Below, one piece after another: positions 9,319-18,868 of a DNA stretch of 64,000 bases. Every line of letters starts with the position of its first letter. Within the stretch, counting starts at the first letter, position 1. Under the pieces are notes generated by a model. It did not search any database. It saw only the letters and a list, made by a program, of their open reading frames with translations, and had not been told where the DNA came from. The translations under genes and the position numbers were made by a program. The DNA comes from Bdellovibrionota bacterium (lineage in GTDB: Bacteria > Bdellovibrionota_G > JALEGL01 > DATDPG01): positions 2,722-66,721 of the forward strand of contig DATDPG010000189.1 in assembly GCA_035292885.1 (NCBI GenBank), read 5' to 3'.

Positions 9319-10515
9319 TCACGTGACTCGAACGGACCGAGAACGAAAATTGCGGTTCAGCAGAGTTTCGAAAAATTCAATCGGTTTCTGTAACGTCACC
9401 CTTCCCATCCGCCGGGACTCTTGAATGTTCGAAACTAGGTAGCTCTCCACATGGCCGTCGATTTGCCGTAAAAAGCCATTTAGACCCCGAAGAAGGGAAA
9501 CGGTAAAAGTACGGGAATGTTTTATTTCCACCGCAATAAGTGGCTGTGATCGATCTTGTCTGGATTCCAAGACAAGATCCACTTCAAACCCCTCCTTGGT
9601 CCGGAAATAATATACCCGTCGCAATTCTGTATGTGCAGCCCATCGGTAAATGGCTGCGACGAAAGACGCCTCCAGCATGATGCCTGGATCTTGTGGGAGC
9701 CCGCCTGCAAGTTCCCAGGCCATCCAAGGTTCTGTGAAATAGATTTTCGGAGTCTTGATAATCCGGTTGGAGCGATTTGAAAAATACGGTTCCAATAAAA
9801 ACACCTGGAAACTGGCTTCCAAAATGGAAATCCACCTCTTCACCGTGTTGGGAGCAACCGACACATCGCGGGCAATATCCGAAAAATTGAGCATCTGACC
9901 GTTCCGCAAGCTCAAAATACGTAAGAAACGGGTAAAATCCCGCAGGTCCCCCACCTCGGCGATTTGGTGCAGATCTCGTTCAATATAGGTTTGGATGTAG
10001 CCCTTCAACCAGCTTTCTCGTTTCTTGGGGAATAGAAAAGGCTCGGGGTACGAGCAAAATTGAAACCATCCGTCTTTGGTAAAACGCTTTTTATGTTTCC
10101 TCCACTCCAGAACGTCGAAAGGAAGCAAAGGCAAGTACACCGCTCGTCCCGCGAGACTCTCTCCGATGCGCGCATGCAACAATAGATTTTGTGAACCAGT
10201 TAGAAAAAAGCGGCCCGGGCGTCGGTCTTTGTCGACGGCGGCTTTAAGATACGGGAAAAGATCCGGCGCGGCTTGAACTTCATCCAGGATGATCGGAGAT
10301 TCCGTATCCAAAATGCTGTTGGGATCCGTGAGTACCGTGGCCTGAATTGCGGGGTCGTCCAAAGAGTAATAGGGAATGTTCGGATACAGATGCTTGAGCA
10401 ACGACGTCTTACCGGACTGCCGGGGCCCCACGACCGCCACGATCGGGTGGCGACGTGCGAGGGTTCGAATTCGCCCTTCGATCGTCCGAGATACCCACAT
10501 ACGACCAATTTGCAT
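9319..10515 (-). CDS. AAA-family ATPase with DUF4143-type C-terminal domain
   Basis: Walker A 'VVGPRQSGKTSLL', 'FFLTGSQN', and overall architecture typical of AAA_14/DUF4143 proteins. Confidence 0.75.
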   Translation of the reverse strand: MQIGRMWVSRTIEGRIRTLARRHPIVAVVGPRQSGKTSLLKHLYPNIPYYSLDDPAIQATVLTDPNSILDTESPIILDEVQAAPDLFPYLKAAVDKDRRPGRFFLTGSQNLLLHARIGESLAGRAVYLPLLPFDVLEWRKHKKRFTKDGWFQFCSYPEPFLFPKKRESWLKGYIQTYIERDLHQIAEVGDLRDFTRFLRILSLRNGQMLNFSDIARDVSVAPNTVKRWISILEASFQVFLLEPYFSNRSNRIIKTPKIYFTEPWMAWELAGGLPQDPGIMLEASFVAAIYRWAAHTELRRVYYFRTKEGFEVDLVLESRQDRSQPLIAVEIKHSRTFTVSLLRGLNGFLRQIDGHVESYLVSNIQESRRMGRVTLQKPIEFFETLLNRNFRSRSVRVT

Positions 10516-10625
10516 TCTTACTGCAAATTAGTCAACATCCATTCTTGTACGGGGAAAATGGGCGGTAGACAGATTTTACGGCCGGACACCGTAGAAGGTA
10601 GTAAGATCGGTTTCAATTTATTACG

Positions 10626-11210
10626 GTGAAGAAATTGCGCCAAAGGAAACGTCATGTCCTGCTTATGGTGACAGGCTGCGTCCAAGCCGAACTTACACCG
10701 AAACTCGTTTCCGACTTGAAATCCTTCCCCGGGATCGGCCGGCCGGAAGTCATTGTCGTAGCCACCCGGCCCGCGCTTAAATTTTTCAACACGGCAAAAA
10801 TTGAACGACTTACGGAGCATAAGGTTTTTGTTGACCACGAGGACGGCACTGTGGAATTTCCGGTCCCGCACATAAATCTTCCCGAATGGGCGGATGCCAT
10901 CTTTGTTTATCCCGCTTCAGCGAACACGATTGCTAAATGTGCCCACGGACTGGCGGACAGCCTCGCTTCCAATATTGTGTTGGCCGCAAAACGCCCCGTA
11001 TTTTTTGGCCCTACGATGAATAAGGCTATGTACGAAAATCCTGTGACTCAACACAATCTAAGACTCCTCAAAAAGGCGGGATATGTTCTTTTGCCTCGAA
11101 AAATGTGCCGAGTCACGGTGAAAGCCACGGGGCAGGTGGAAGAAAGGCTTTTCTGCCCGGAGAGCATGGTGCTGGCCATGTGCTTAAAGCTATTCCGACA
11201 CAGTCCATGA
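10626..11210 (+). CDS. HFCD-family flavoprotein (EpiD/LanD/CoaC-like cysteine decarboxylase), copy B
   Basis: GTG start. Motifs 'VPHINLPEWAD', 'YPASANTIAKCAHGLADSL', 'GPTMNKAMY', 'CRVTVKATGQVEE'. It is collinear with copy A along its whole length. Confidence 0.8.
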   Translation: MKKLRQRKRHVLLMVTGCVQAELTPKLVSDLKSFPGIGRPEVIVVATRPALKFFNTAKIERLTEHKVFVDHEDGTVEFPVPHINLPEWADAIFVYPASANTIAKCAHGLADSLASNIVLAAKRPVFFGPTMNKAMYENPVTQHNLRLLKKAGYVLLPRKMCRVTVKATGQVEERLFCPESMVLAMCLKLFRHSP

Positions 11211-11290
11211 AAAGGCCCTATGCATACAATCCGCAGCGTTGATTGTCACATCTGCTGTTCTTCATCGTAAATATATATAGTAATCATCCG

Positions 11291-13498
11291 ATGCGAATGT
11301 GGTCCTTCCTCGTTTTCGTTTTGTTCTTTCACTCGATAGCTCTTGCAACTGAAGGTGAACTCCATGGCCATGACACAGTCCCTGTGGCCAACGCCGTTAG
11401 GAGTGGCGAAACGATTCAAATAGACGGGAAACTCGATGAAAACTCGTGGAAGGAAGCCCCCGTTTACACCGGGTTCACTCAAATGCTGCCTTTCTTGGGA
11501 CAACCGGCGACGGAACGGACGGAGTTCCGGGTTTTGTATGACGACGTGAATTTGTATTTTGGAATCATTCTTTTTGATCGAGAACCGGACAAGATCGTGA
11601 AACGGGCGATGAGCCACGATTCCGTCCGCACGTTTGACGATGATTTTGTGACCGTTAATATCGACCCTCAGCACGATCATCGCACCGGTTATAGTTTCAC
11701 GGCTAATCCTCGCGGAGCGCAAGTAGATGGTAAGGGAATCAACAATGGGAACCTTTTTATCACCGAATGGGACACGGTCTGGAGTGCAGGAGCACAAATT
11801 CGAGAAGACGGTTGGGTAGCCGAGTTCAAAATTCCGTTTACTTCTTTGGATTATGACGCAGCGGGCAATAAAGAGTTCGGTCTCAATGTCACGCGACAAA
11901 TCGCCCGCAAGTCCGAGCTTTCCGTATGGGCGCCGCTCTATCGCCCTTTCCCGCCACGGGGTACAGACCTGGAGACGGCCGATTTTGGTCATCTAGCCGG
12001 TGTCGAATTCTCGCCAAAGCCGTGGAGACATTTGAGCCTGCTTCCGTATTTTTCCTCCGGTTTTCGTGAGAATCTTACGGACACAGACTCGGTAATACCC
12101 GCCCATACGAGAGACGTCGTTCTGAAACCAGGAATTGATCTGAAATATCCGATTGAACGGACGGCGATTTCTCAACTCACCGTAAATACTGATTTTTCGC
12201 AGGTGGATGTCGATAACCAGCAGATAAACTTAAGTCGGTTCGACCTGTTTTTTCCGGAGAAGAGGCCGTTTTTTTTGGAAGGGAGCCAATTCTTTGAATT
12301 CGGAGTACCCCAATCGGCACAACTTTTCTTCAGCCGGAAAATCGGACTTCAAGACGGCCGGGAAGTCCCTATTCTCGCAGGGGGCCGTTCTTATGGAAAA
12401 ATCAACAGATCGGAGTACGGCTTTCTAAACATCCAGACGGAAGACACATCCCAGGTCCCGGATCGGAATTTTACCGTCGCGCGTTTCAAGCAGGATATTT
12501 TTGCGCGATCGGAGATGGGATTCATGGCGATCCATCAGCAGGACACCACCGGTCCTCTCGGATCGAACACGTCGGGTGGAATCGATGCTACCTTTCGATC
12601 GGTCAACGGCCGTTTGGTAGTGAATAATTGGGCCGCGGCCACCAACTCCGATCCCAACATGCCAGACGAAATAACCGGAAACGGCACATCGGCGTACAAC
12701 GGAACCGTTTGGCGACCGGGGTTATGGGAAGTTCGGCAATCGAATCTGTATGTAAGCGATGAATTTAATCCAGAAGCTGGATTCTTCACACGCGCCGGCA
12801 TATTTGAGCCCGCAGCCTCACTTTACCGGAGCTTTCTTTTCCCGGAATATGGCTTCAGCGAAACTAAGGTCGGTGTCCAAGGAAATTTCTTCACTTCTGA
12901 TGAAATGGATCAGTTTCTTGACTATACGTCGCAAGGAGATATTACGCTGACATCGAACAGCGGCTACACGTACCACATCGTCGGAAAACACTTCTCTGAT
13001 AGAGCCCTCAACCCCTTCGTCCTCAATTCAAAAGTAACAATTCCTGCCGGTCGATATACGGAGTCGAACGTCGGATTCGGTTATTTTACGCCATCGCGAT
13101 ATGCTATCAGTGGATCCGTCGAATACAGTTACGGTGGATTCTACGGCGGGACAATCCACACCTGGATCCCGACTTTCACCGCGAAACCGATCGACGGACT
13201 TTACCTAAAAACGGACGCAAGTATAAGTCGGATCGAAATTCCTTCTTTGAACGCGGACTATTTTTCTTCGGCTCTCAATTTCTCCGGCAGTTACTCATTT
13301 CTTTTCAAGATGTCGATCGATGCCAATGTCGGTTGGAATCAGGATAACTCTCTCCTGGTGTTCCAATACCGATACCGTTGGCATTTCGCCTCTTTAAGTG
13401 ATTTGTTTGTCGTTTACAATGAGGAGCGAGCTTCTTCGAATTTGAACACGAGCTTTCGAGGTCTTATTTTCAAGATCGTGGGGTATTTTTCGATCTAA
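11291..13498 (+). CDS. Secreted CBM9-like / DUF5916-family protein
   Basis: Signal peptide 'MRMWSFLVFVLFFHSIALA'. 'IQIDGKLDENSWKEAP...FTQMLPFLGQPATERTEFRVLYDDVNLYFG...DDFVTVNIDPQHDHRTGYSF' matches the family hallmark as I remember it. The start was moved to M17 of the tracked ORF. Confidence 0.7.
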   Translation: MRMWSFLVFVLFFHSIALATEGELHGHDTVPVANAVRSGETIQIDGKLDENSWKEAPVYTGFTQMLPFLGQPATERTEFRVLYDDVNLYFGIILFDREPDKIVKRAMSHDSVRTFDDDFVTVNIDPQHDHRTGYSFTANPRGAQVDGKGINNGNLFITEWDTVWSAGAQIREDGWVAEFKIPFTSLDYDAAGNKEFGLNVTRQIARKSELSVWAPLYRPFPPRGTDLETADFGHLAGVEFSPKPWRHLSLLPYFSSGFRENLTDTDSVIPAHTRDVVLKPGIDLKYPIERTAISQLTVNTDFSQVDVDNQQINLSRFDLFFPEKRPFFLEGSQFFEFGVPQSAQLFFSRKIGLQDGREVPILAGGRSYGKINRSEYGFLNIQTEDTSQVPDRNFTVARFKQDIFARSEMGFMAIHQQDTTGPLGSNTSGGIDATFRSVNGRLVVNNWAAATNSDPNMPDEITGNGTSAYNGTVWRPGLWEVRQSNLYVSDEFNPEAGFFTRAGIFEPAASLYRSFLFPEYGFSETKVGVQGNFFTSDEMDQFLDYTSQGDITLTSNSGYTYHIVGKHFSDRALNPFVLNSKVTIPAGRYTESNVGFGYFTPSRYAISGSVEYSYGGFYGGTIHTWIPTFTAKPIDGLYLKTDASISRIEIPSLNADYFSSALNFSGSYSFLFKMSIDANVGWNQDNSLLVFQYRYRWHFASLSDLFVVYNEERASSNLNTSFRGLIFKIVGYFSI

Positions 13499-13570
13499 GG
13501 AAACGGATTTGGGGTCGCCAAGATCTTATGGCATAATCACCGGGCATCGAAGTCAAATATTCGCGGTATC

Positions 13571-14677
13571 GTGTCGGGAAGAGGGAACAACAATCTGAAG
13601 CGAGTTCCAATTGAAATAGACAAAGACCTAAAGCGCATTAATCGGCTGTGGGGCACGAATCGACCTATGCTCATCGATATCCCCAAGAGCCTGCCCAGCC
13701 CGGAAAATGCTGTTGAATGGGCGCTTTCCATCTGTCAGGAAGATCGTGCTCTCATCGGCACCGCTATGCGGCGGGTATTTAAGGACGGAAAAGATGACGA
13801 TGATGCGATGATCTATGCCTCTCGGGGAAACGCGAACGCCAAAACTCGCGCGGCCCTGATCAGCGGCGTGCGTAAGAAGCTGGCCGTTCAATTGCAAACG
13901 GACTTTCTTGAGAAAAAGGCGCCGGAGTTCGGGAAATATATCAAGCGGGCATTTCATTCGGCATGGTCCATGGCTTACCCATTCGGGTATGATCCCGGCA
14001 TTTCTCTCTTCGTAACGGGTTCAGACCACGTATATGATGCGCACTGCGATGTGGGAGACGGCATTTTGCTTCAGTTTCACGGCAGAAAAATCGTTAAACT
14101 GTGGGGGCCAACTCAAAAGTTCTACGAGAAGGTTATCTTCGATCACGATTTTCGTGGAAAGCCGGAGCTGTTCGAGAGTCCCATTGCTACATATGAACTA
14201 ATAGCCGGGCAAGGGATTTACTTACCACGAGGAGCCATGCACGAAATATCTGTTCGCGGCGGAGAAATATCCGTATCTGTAGGGATTCGGCCCGAATCGA
14301 TTTATCCAGTGATGACGCTCTGTACGGAATTATGTGAGATGGCAGGAGTCAAAGACGCTTTCTCGGTTGTCCCGGGGTGCAACGATTGGTCCAAGTTTCT
14401 GGCGAAAATGTTCAACCCGACAGATTTTAAGAGGTATCTCGGCAGCCGCACGATGCCCCCCGCTCTTCGCCAAAACCTATTGACAGTTCTCCAGCCAAAA
14501 TCTGAAAAGCTGTCGGAACGACTGGCGCAATTATTGGACAGATGGTGGCAAAAATTTTGCCGGCGACGGAAGCCTTCGCCGACCGGTCCCCTCCCCGCTA
14601 GGCCGATCGACCGCGAGGCAATCCTTAAACAGTGGGAGGACGAGAGATATCGAGCCCGTGAGCAGAAACGAGGTTGA
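13571..14677 (+). CDS. JmjC/cupin-type Fe(II)/2-oxoglutarate-dependent oxygenase-like protein
   Basis: HxD...H triad candidates: 'YDAHCDVGDGILLQFHGRK' and 'GAMHEISV'. Beta-rich cupin-like core. Confidence 0.6.
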   Translation: MSGRGNNNLKRVPIEIDKDLKRINRLWGTNRPMLIDIPKSLPSPENAVEWALSICQEDRALIGTAMRRVFKDGKDDDDAMIYASRGNANAKTRAALISGVRKKLAVQLQTDFLEKKAPEFGKYIKRAFHSAWSMAYPFGYDPGISLFVTGSDHVYDAHCDVGDGILLQFHGRKIVKLWGPTQKFYEKVIFDHDFRGKPELFESPIATYELIAGQGIYLPRGAMHEISVRGGEISVSVGIRPESIYPVMTLCTELCEMAGVKDAFSVVPGCNDWSKFLAKMFNPTDFKRYLGSRTMPPALRQNLLTVLQPKSEKLSERLAQLLDRWWQKFCRRRKPSPTGPLPARPIDREAILKQWEDERYRAREQKRG

Positions 14678-14725
14678 TCAAACACATTTGCTTGGGTTTG
14701 TGGATGAGGCGAAGGAAATGAGCTT

Positions 14726-15502
14726 GTGAATATCCTTCGTCGTCCTAATTTCCCGGAAGCCATACGCACCTTCTTCCATGACCATGAGGAATGGGAGCGA
14801 AGTGGTGAGCTGCTTCGACGGAAATATTGGAAAACACACGATGCGATAGAGGAAAAAAAGCGGAGTTTCGCTTGGATTCAAGGAAAGAGCGGGTTGCCCT
14901 GGCTGGAGTTATCCATCAAATTTCCTTTCGAGGAGATGCTGGAAGAAGCGAGGCGTTTGCGTCATAGATTCGTATCACACAGATCAGGCGGGAGAAGAGG
15001 ATACCTTGACGGAAATCGTGGATGGACGGCGTTAACGATTCATGGCCTGGGTTCCGAGATTACCGGTAATGCCCATAACTATGGCTATGAAGATGACAAG
15101 GCAGCACCTCACAAGTGGACGGAAATCGCCGACATGTGTCCAGTCACCACACGATTTCTCAAAAGAGTGTATCCTTGCGACAAATTTTATCGAGTTCGAT
15201 TCATGGTGATGGCGCCCCAAGGGTTCATATTTCCGCACACCGACCGCGAGAATTCCTACCTGGGCGAAGTCAATTTTGCTCTCAATCATCCAACAGGATG
15301 CTTTCTAAAGATGAAAGGGGCGGGTTTTGTCCCGTTCCGAGCAGGAAAGGCCTTTATTCTCGATGTCTCGAACATCCACGCCGTGGTGAATTTGTCAGAT
15401 GAAGAACGGTACCACATGATCGTTCATGGTGAAACGATCCGAAATGAAAAATGGGGAAGGCTGATCGAGAAGAGCTATCGCGACTTTATGCGACGTAAGT
15501 AA
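14726..15502 (+). CDS. Aspartyl/asparaginyl beta-hydroxylase-family oxygenase-like protein
   Basis: 'GFIFPHTDRE...', 'AFILDVSNIHAVVNLSDEERYHMIVHG' resembles the Asp_Arg_Hydrox pattern (pH.D ... fD.s..H.v.N.s...R). Confidence 0.65.
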   Translation: MNILRRPNFPEAIRTFFHDHEEWERSGELLRRKYWKTHDAIEEKKRSFAWIQGKSGLPWLELSIKFPFEEMLEEARRLRHRFVSHRSGGRRGYLDGNRGWTALTIHGLGSEITGNAHNYGYEDDKAAPHKWTEIADMCPVTTRFLKRVYPCDKFYRVRFMVMAPQGFIFPHTDRENSYLGEVNFALNHPTGCFLKMKGAGFVPFRAGKAFILDVSNIHAVVNLSDEERYHMIVHGETIRNEKWGRLIEKSYRDFMRRK

Positions 15503-15511
15503 GGACCGGTT

Positions 15512-17680
15512 CTAAAATAAGTAGTTCGTCCATATGAAGTAAACGGCTCCCAGCCAAAAAGGTTGAAACAATACGTATATGAGCGGTTTCATTCCAGCGT
15601 CAATTGTGGCGGTCACACGGGTTCCAAGCCGAAGTTCCGAAGTGTCGGGGCATCTTATCTGACCCTTAATCAACACAGTAGACTCGGGTGGGGACATACC
15701 CATAAACGCCCATTCCTTGGATTCGCGTGGTACGTATGTAGGAGAAAGATGAATTAAACGTCCATTGCAGGGTATTCCGGTCACAACCAGCGACACCCGA
15801 AATGGTAATCCCATTCTAAGTTCCGAAGCCTTTTTCTCGGAAATCAACAATTCGATTCCCAACTCTCCAGTAGCCAATAGAACGAGGGGATCCCCCTTAC
15901 GCACGGAATGTCCAGCGACGTCATGAAGCATCGGCGTAATCACAATCCCTCGATCCGGGCTTCGAATCATAAGATCCGATCCCCCTTTTGAAATTCGGAA
16001 GAGCGGCGCACCAACCCCCACATGTGCACCCTCTTCCACGTATACCTCTTCAATCGAACCCCCACCCGTTGATCGCACGAGTGTGGACTGCAGAGGGAGA
16101 ATCGTACCCTCCGCCGGAATTCTATAGGGAATGGGAGCCATAAGGGCTGCGCCTAGCAGGAGCATGCACACGATGGGTTTCCAAGATATTCTAAACCGGT
16201 AGAGAGATCGCAAGAAATGGGCGCGATTTGTCTGTGGTACTCTTCGTAGAAGGTAGCCGATCATTCGCGATATCAAGGCTAGAAGCATGAGCAGATAAAG
16301 AATTTGCGGGAAAAAAATTGAATATGCCCATGCGATAGAGACAAGCCATAAAGTGAGCAGAAGTTCGCACGTTAGAAAGAAGATCGTGGAGAAATAAAAC
16401 AGCCAGAACCAGCGAATCTCCCGCGATGTTGGAACGGATGTTGTTTGGGCTTTGTTCCCCGTAATCGCCTGAAGGATTCTTGAATTGCAGTACCGGAAGC
16501 TTCGCGAATAGAGATTATCGATGTTGAGCAGATCGGACAAAATGAAATAGCCGTCCAGTTTGAACACGGGGATAATGCTGAACAAAATATCAATCCCATT
16601 GGCGAGACAAAAAAGAAGCCCAAGCAATTGGATGTAGGACCCGGAGGGCGCCACACTCCAAACAATCATTCCGCAGCTCCAGAGTACGAGTTGAGATAAA
16701 ACGCCGGCGAGCATGACGAGGATTCTATTTCGTTGTCGGAAGAAGTAGCTGTCTGAAACGTCCGCGAAGAAGGCCGGAAGAAATCCAAGAAAAAGAATCA
16801 CCCCCATACGCCGAACCTTCCCTCCGAACTTGTAACAGGTTAGTGCATGGCCGAATTCGTGGGCGACAACAGAGAAACGATTAACAAAAGTCGCCAACAC
16901 GATGTGGTTGAGCATTTGATATATCGGTTTGTTAAATCCCCTGATCCAGTAATCGCTGTGGACCCAAAACAAAACCTGTGCGACGAAAAACAGTCCGGCC
17001 ATCAAAGTCAGCGTGAAACGGGAAAACAGCAGGTTGATAAGCGGCTTAAAACGGCCGAAAATTTCCTGGGGATCAAACAGATTGAACTGTGTGGTGAGAG
17101 CCGGCAGATGGCGCTGTCCCCCGTCCGCCGTGGAAGTTTGTGTTCGCAAAATGGCCTCTGTGGCGGTGTCTTTAGCCCAAAGGTGATCGCGTTCTAACTC
17201 GTTCCCAAGATTCGATCTTTTGGTGATTTCGATGAGCCCAACGGGATCCGCATTATGGAGTCGACAAAAAAGGTCTGACCAGAAGTTCACTTCGATCGAG
17301 GTGGGATGCTTCATGCCCCAGCGACGACGCAAAAAGCGAGCAAACATGTTTTTGAGAGACGAAGTGATTGCGAGCCGCTGAGACGGTGAAAGCTTGAGAT
17401 GGTGATCTGGTTCCAGGAGTCCTTTTCTATCCATATTTACGAGAAACCCTTCGATGGAATCGGATTCCATTTCGACGCCGTATTTATTCGAAAGAAATTC
17501 GCTTGCCTCAACGGCAGTGGCCGGGCACCGTTGGAAGAATCGGAGAAGCCCATATTGGAAGAAGGACAGTGACCAGTAGGTACCGAGAATCGGGTCTGCG
17601 GCAATGTGACTTAGTTTTCCGCGAGAATATGTGCTTCGGATCGAAATATCCGATCGAACTTTAAAGATCCTATACGACAA
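15512..17680 (-). CDS. Polytopic M50-type (site-2-protease-like) zinc metalloprotease fused to a HlyD-like periplasmic adaptor domain (YydH-like 'peptide zinc metalloprotease')
   Basis: 'VVAHEFGHALT' (HExxH) and 'KLDGYFILSDLLNIDNLY' lie in a multi-TM region. The C-terminus has a barrel-sandwich/lipoyl-like segment 'GGSIEEVYVEEGAHVGVGAPLFRI'. The N-terminal ~95 aa is a soluble PqqD-like region. Confidence 0.75.
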   Translation of the reverse strand: MSYRIFKVRSDISIRSTYSRGKLSHIAADPILGTYWSLSFFQYGLLRFFQRCPATAVEASEFLSNKYGVEMESDSIEGFLVNMDRKGLLEPDHHLKLSPSQRLAITSSLKNMFARFLRRRWGMKHPTSIEVNFWSDLFCRLHNADPVGLIEITKRSNLGNELERDHLWAKDTATEAILRTQTSTADGGQRHLPALTTQFNLFDPQEIFGRFKPLINLLFSRFTLTLMAGLFFVAQVLFWVHSDYWIRGFNKPIYQMLNHIVLATFVNRFSVVAHEFGHALTCYKFGGKVRRMGVILFLGFLPAFFADVSDSYFFRQRNRILVMLAGVLSQLVLWSCGMIVWSVAPSGSYIQLLGLLFCLANGIDILFSIIPVFKLDGYFILSDLLNIDNLYSRSFRYCNSRILQAITGNKAQTTSVPTSREIRWFWLFYFSTIFFLTCELLLTLWLVSIAWAYSIFFPQILYLLMLLALISRMIGYLLRRVPQTNRAHFLRSLYRFRISWKPIVCMLLLGAALMAPIPYRIPAEGTILPLQSTLVRSTGGGSIEEVYVEEGAHVGVGAPLFRISKGGSDLMIRSPDRGIVITPMLHDVAGHSVRKGDPLVLLATGELGIELLISEKKASELRMGLPFRVSLVVTGIPCNGRLIHLSPTYVPRESKEWAFMGMSPPESTVLIKGQIRCPDTSELRLGTRVTATIDAGMKPLIYVLFQPFWLGAVYFIWTNYLF

Positions 17681-18740
17681 GATTCACGCGTATGTAGCGA
17701 GTGATCTGCCGCAGGAGAATCGTCCCTGCCGTTCGCCATCCGATGGCGATATGCCCGATTCCGGTCATCCCCGGTTTAAGTCCGGGATGTGCATTATCGC
17801 AGTCGGCATATACGCGGAAAAATCGTTCTGGCGGTTCAGGTAAGTCCTCCTTCGGAGTTTCCGCCATAGGCGCGATCCTGGTCAGGGTCGCCGTAAAGGT
17901 CTCTTCCGGAATCGCCTGGACCTTGAACTCAATCAAGTCGCCTTCGTGGATGAGGGCAACGTCCTTTTCGCTGACATAGATTCGAATCATCATTTTTCGC
18001 AGGTCGGATACTTCCATGATTAGATTGCCGGGTTCGACCTGCTGCCCGATCAAACGCGAAATATCGGAGGATACGACGACGCCATTTATGGGCGAGCGTA
18101 CGAGCGGATAAGCTTCTTTGGTACGGCCGCCATGTAAACGAACAAGGGGCTGGTCAATAGTGACCGCGTCTCCTTCCTGAACAAAAACCTTGTCGATGGT
18201 GCCTAAGAGAAAGGTACGAACAAAGAATCTACGGGATGGCTCGACGAGCAGGTTGCCACCTACGTGTAACTTCCATGGGAAGACCAACAAGATGACGGTG
18301 GCAAGCGCAAATTTCCCGATTTTCGAATTCACAACACGAACCAGGAGACGCGAATCGGTGGCATGGCTGCGAATCTTTTTAAGCTGCTCAAGCCCTTCGA
18401 CGGCTCTGCCCGGCATGAACGATAAAGTATTCTTGTGTTCGGCTTCATCGAGGCCCAGAGTTGAAAGAGGGTCCTCCAGAAAACCGAGAGTTTCGGATTT
18501 CTGTAGAAAATCGAGCACCTGATCTCGATCGATCTGAAGCCCATGTTCGTCACGTAATTTAATACACACGGTTTCGATATCCCATTCTCCGGATTCAAAT
18601 TGTTCCGCTACCAAGTAACCGGTGGAATCGAGACGTAATGTGGCTCCCGTACGGGAATCATTAAGTTGAAAATGGGAGGGATCAAGTTGCTGGATTTGAA
18701 GATCGGATCGAAGCTTGGGTTGTCGCCTTGCGGTAGTCAT
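17670..18740 (-). CDS. HlyD-family membrane-fusion/adaptor protein with an N-terminal PqqD-like domain
   Basis: It has one TM ('FALATVILLVFPW') and lipoyl-like hairpin motifs 'IDKVFVQEGDAVTIDQPLVRL' and 'VVSSDISRLIGQQVEPGNLIMEV'. It overlaps the downstream M50 gene by 11 nt. Confidence 0.7.
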   Translation of the reverse strand: MTTARRQPKLRSDLQIQQLDPSHFQLNDSRTGATLRLDSTGYLVAEQFESGEWDIETVCIKLRDEHGLQIDRDQVLDFLQKSETLGFLEDPLSTLGLDEAEHKNTLSFMPGRAVEGLEQLKKIRSHATDSRLLVRVVNSKIGKFALATVILLVFPWKLHVGGNLLVEPSRRFFVRTFLLGTIDKVFVQEGDAVTIDQPLVRLHGGRTKEAYPLVRSPINGVVVSSDISRLIGQQVEPGNLIMEVSDLRKMMIRIYVSEKDVALIHEGDLIEFKVQAIPEETFTATLTRIAPMAETPKEDLPEPPERFFRVYADCDNAHPGLKPGMTGIGHIAIGWRTAGTILLRQITRYIRVNLVV

Positions 18741-18799
18741 CTGAAAAAGTCCTTGATTTCTAGAGCGTTAGGTTAACACAGCTGTCGTCTATGGGAAGC

Positions 18800-18868
18800 T
18801 TGACACGACCTTAGTGGTTTTGTTAGCTTATGTATGTAACTTTTGTGATTAATTGTTACTAAAGTTAC
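18800..18868 (+). promoter_or_regulatory. Candidate promoter/operator in the divergent control region upstream of the small peptide ORF
   Basis: Exact TTGACA at 18800-18805, with a weak -10 candidate TAGCTT at 18824-18829. Perfect 8-bp inverted repeat GTAACTTT (18836-18843) / AAAGTTAC (18861-18868) flanking an ATTAAT palindrome. Confidence 0.3.

Noticed and set aside
11246-11992. 248-aa minus-strand ORF antisense to the DUF5916 gene
   Set aside because: The plus-strand frame has a signal peptide and family hallmarks, while the antisense product is featureless.
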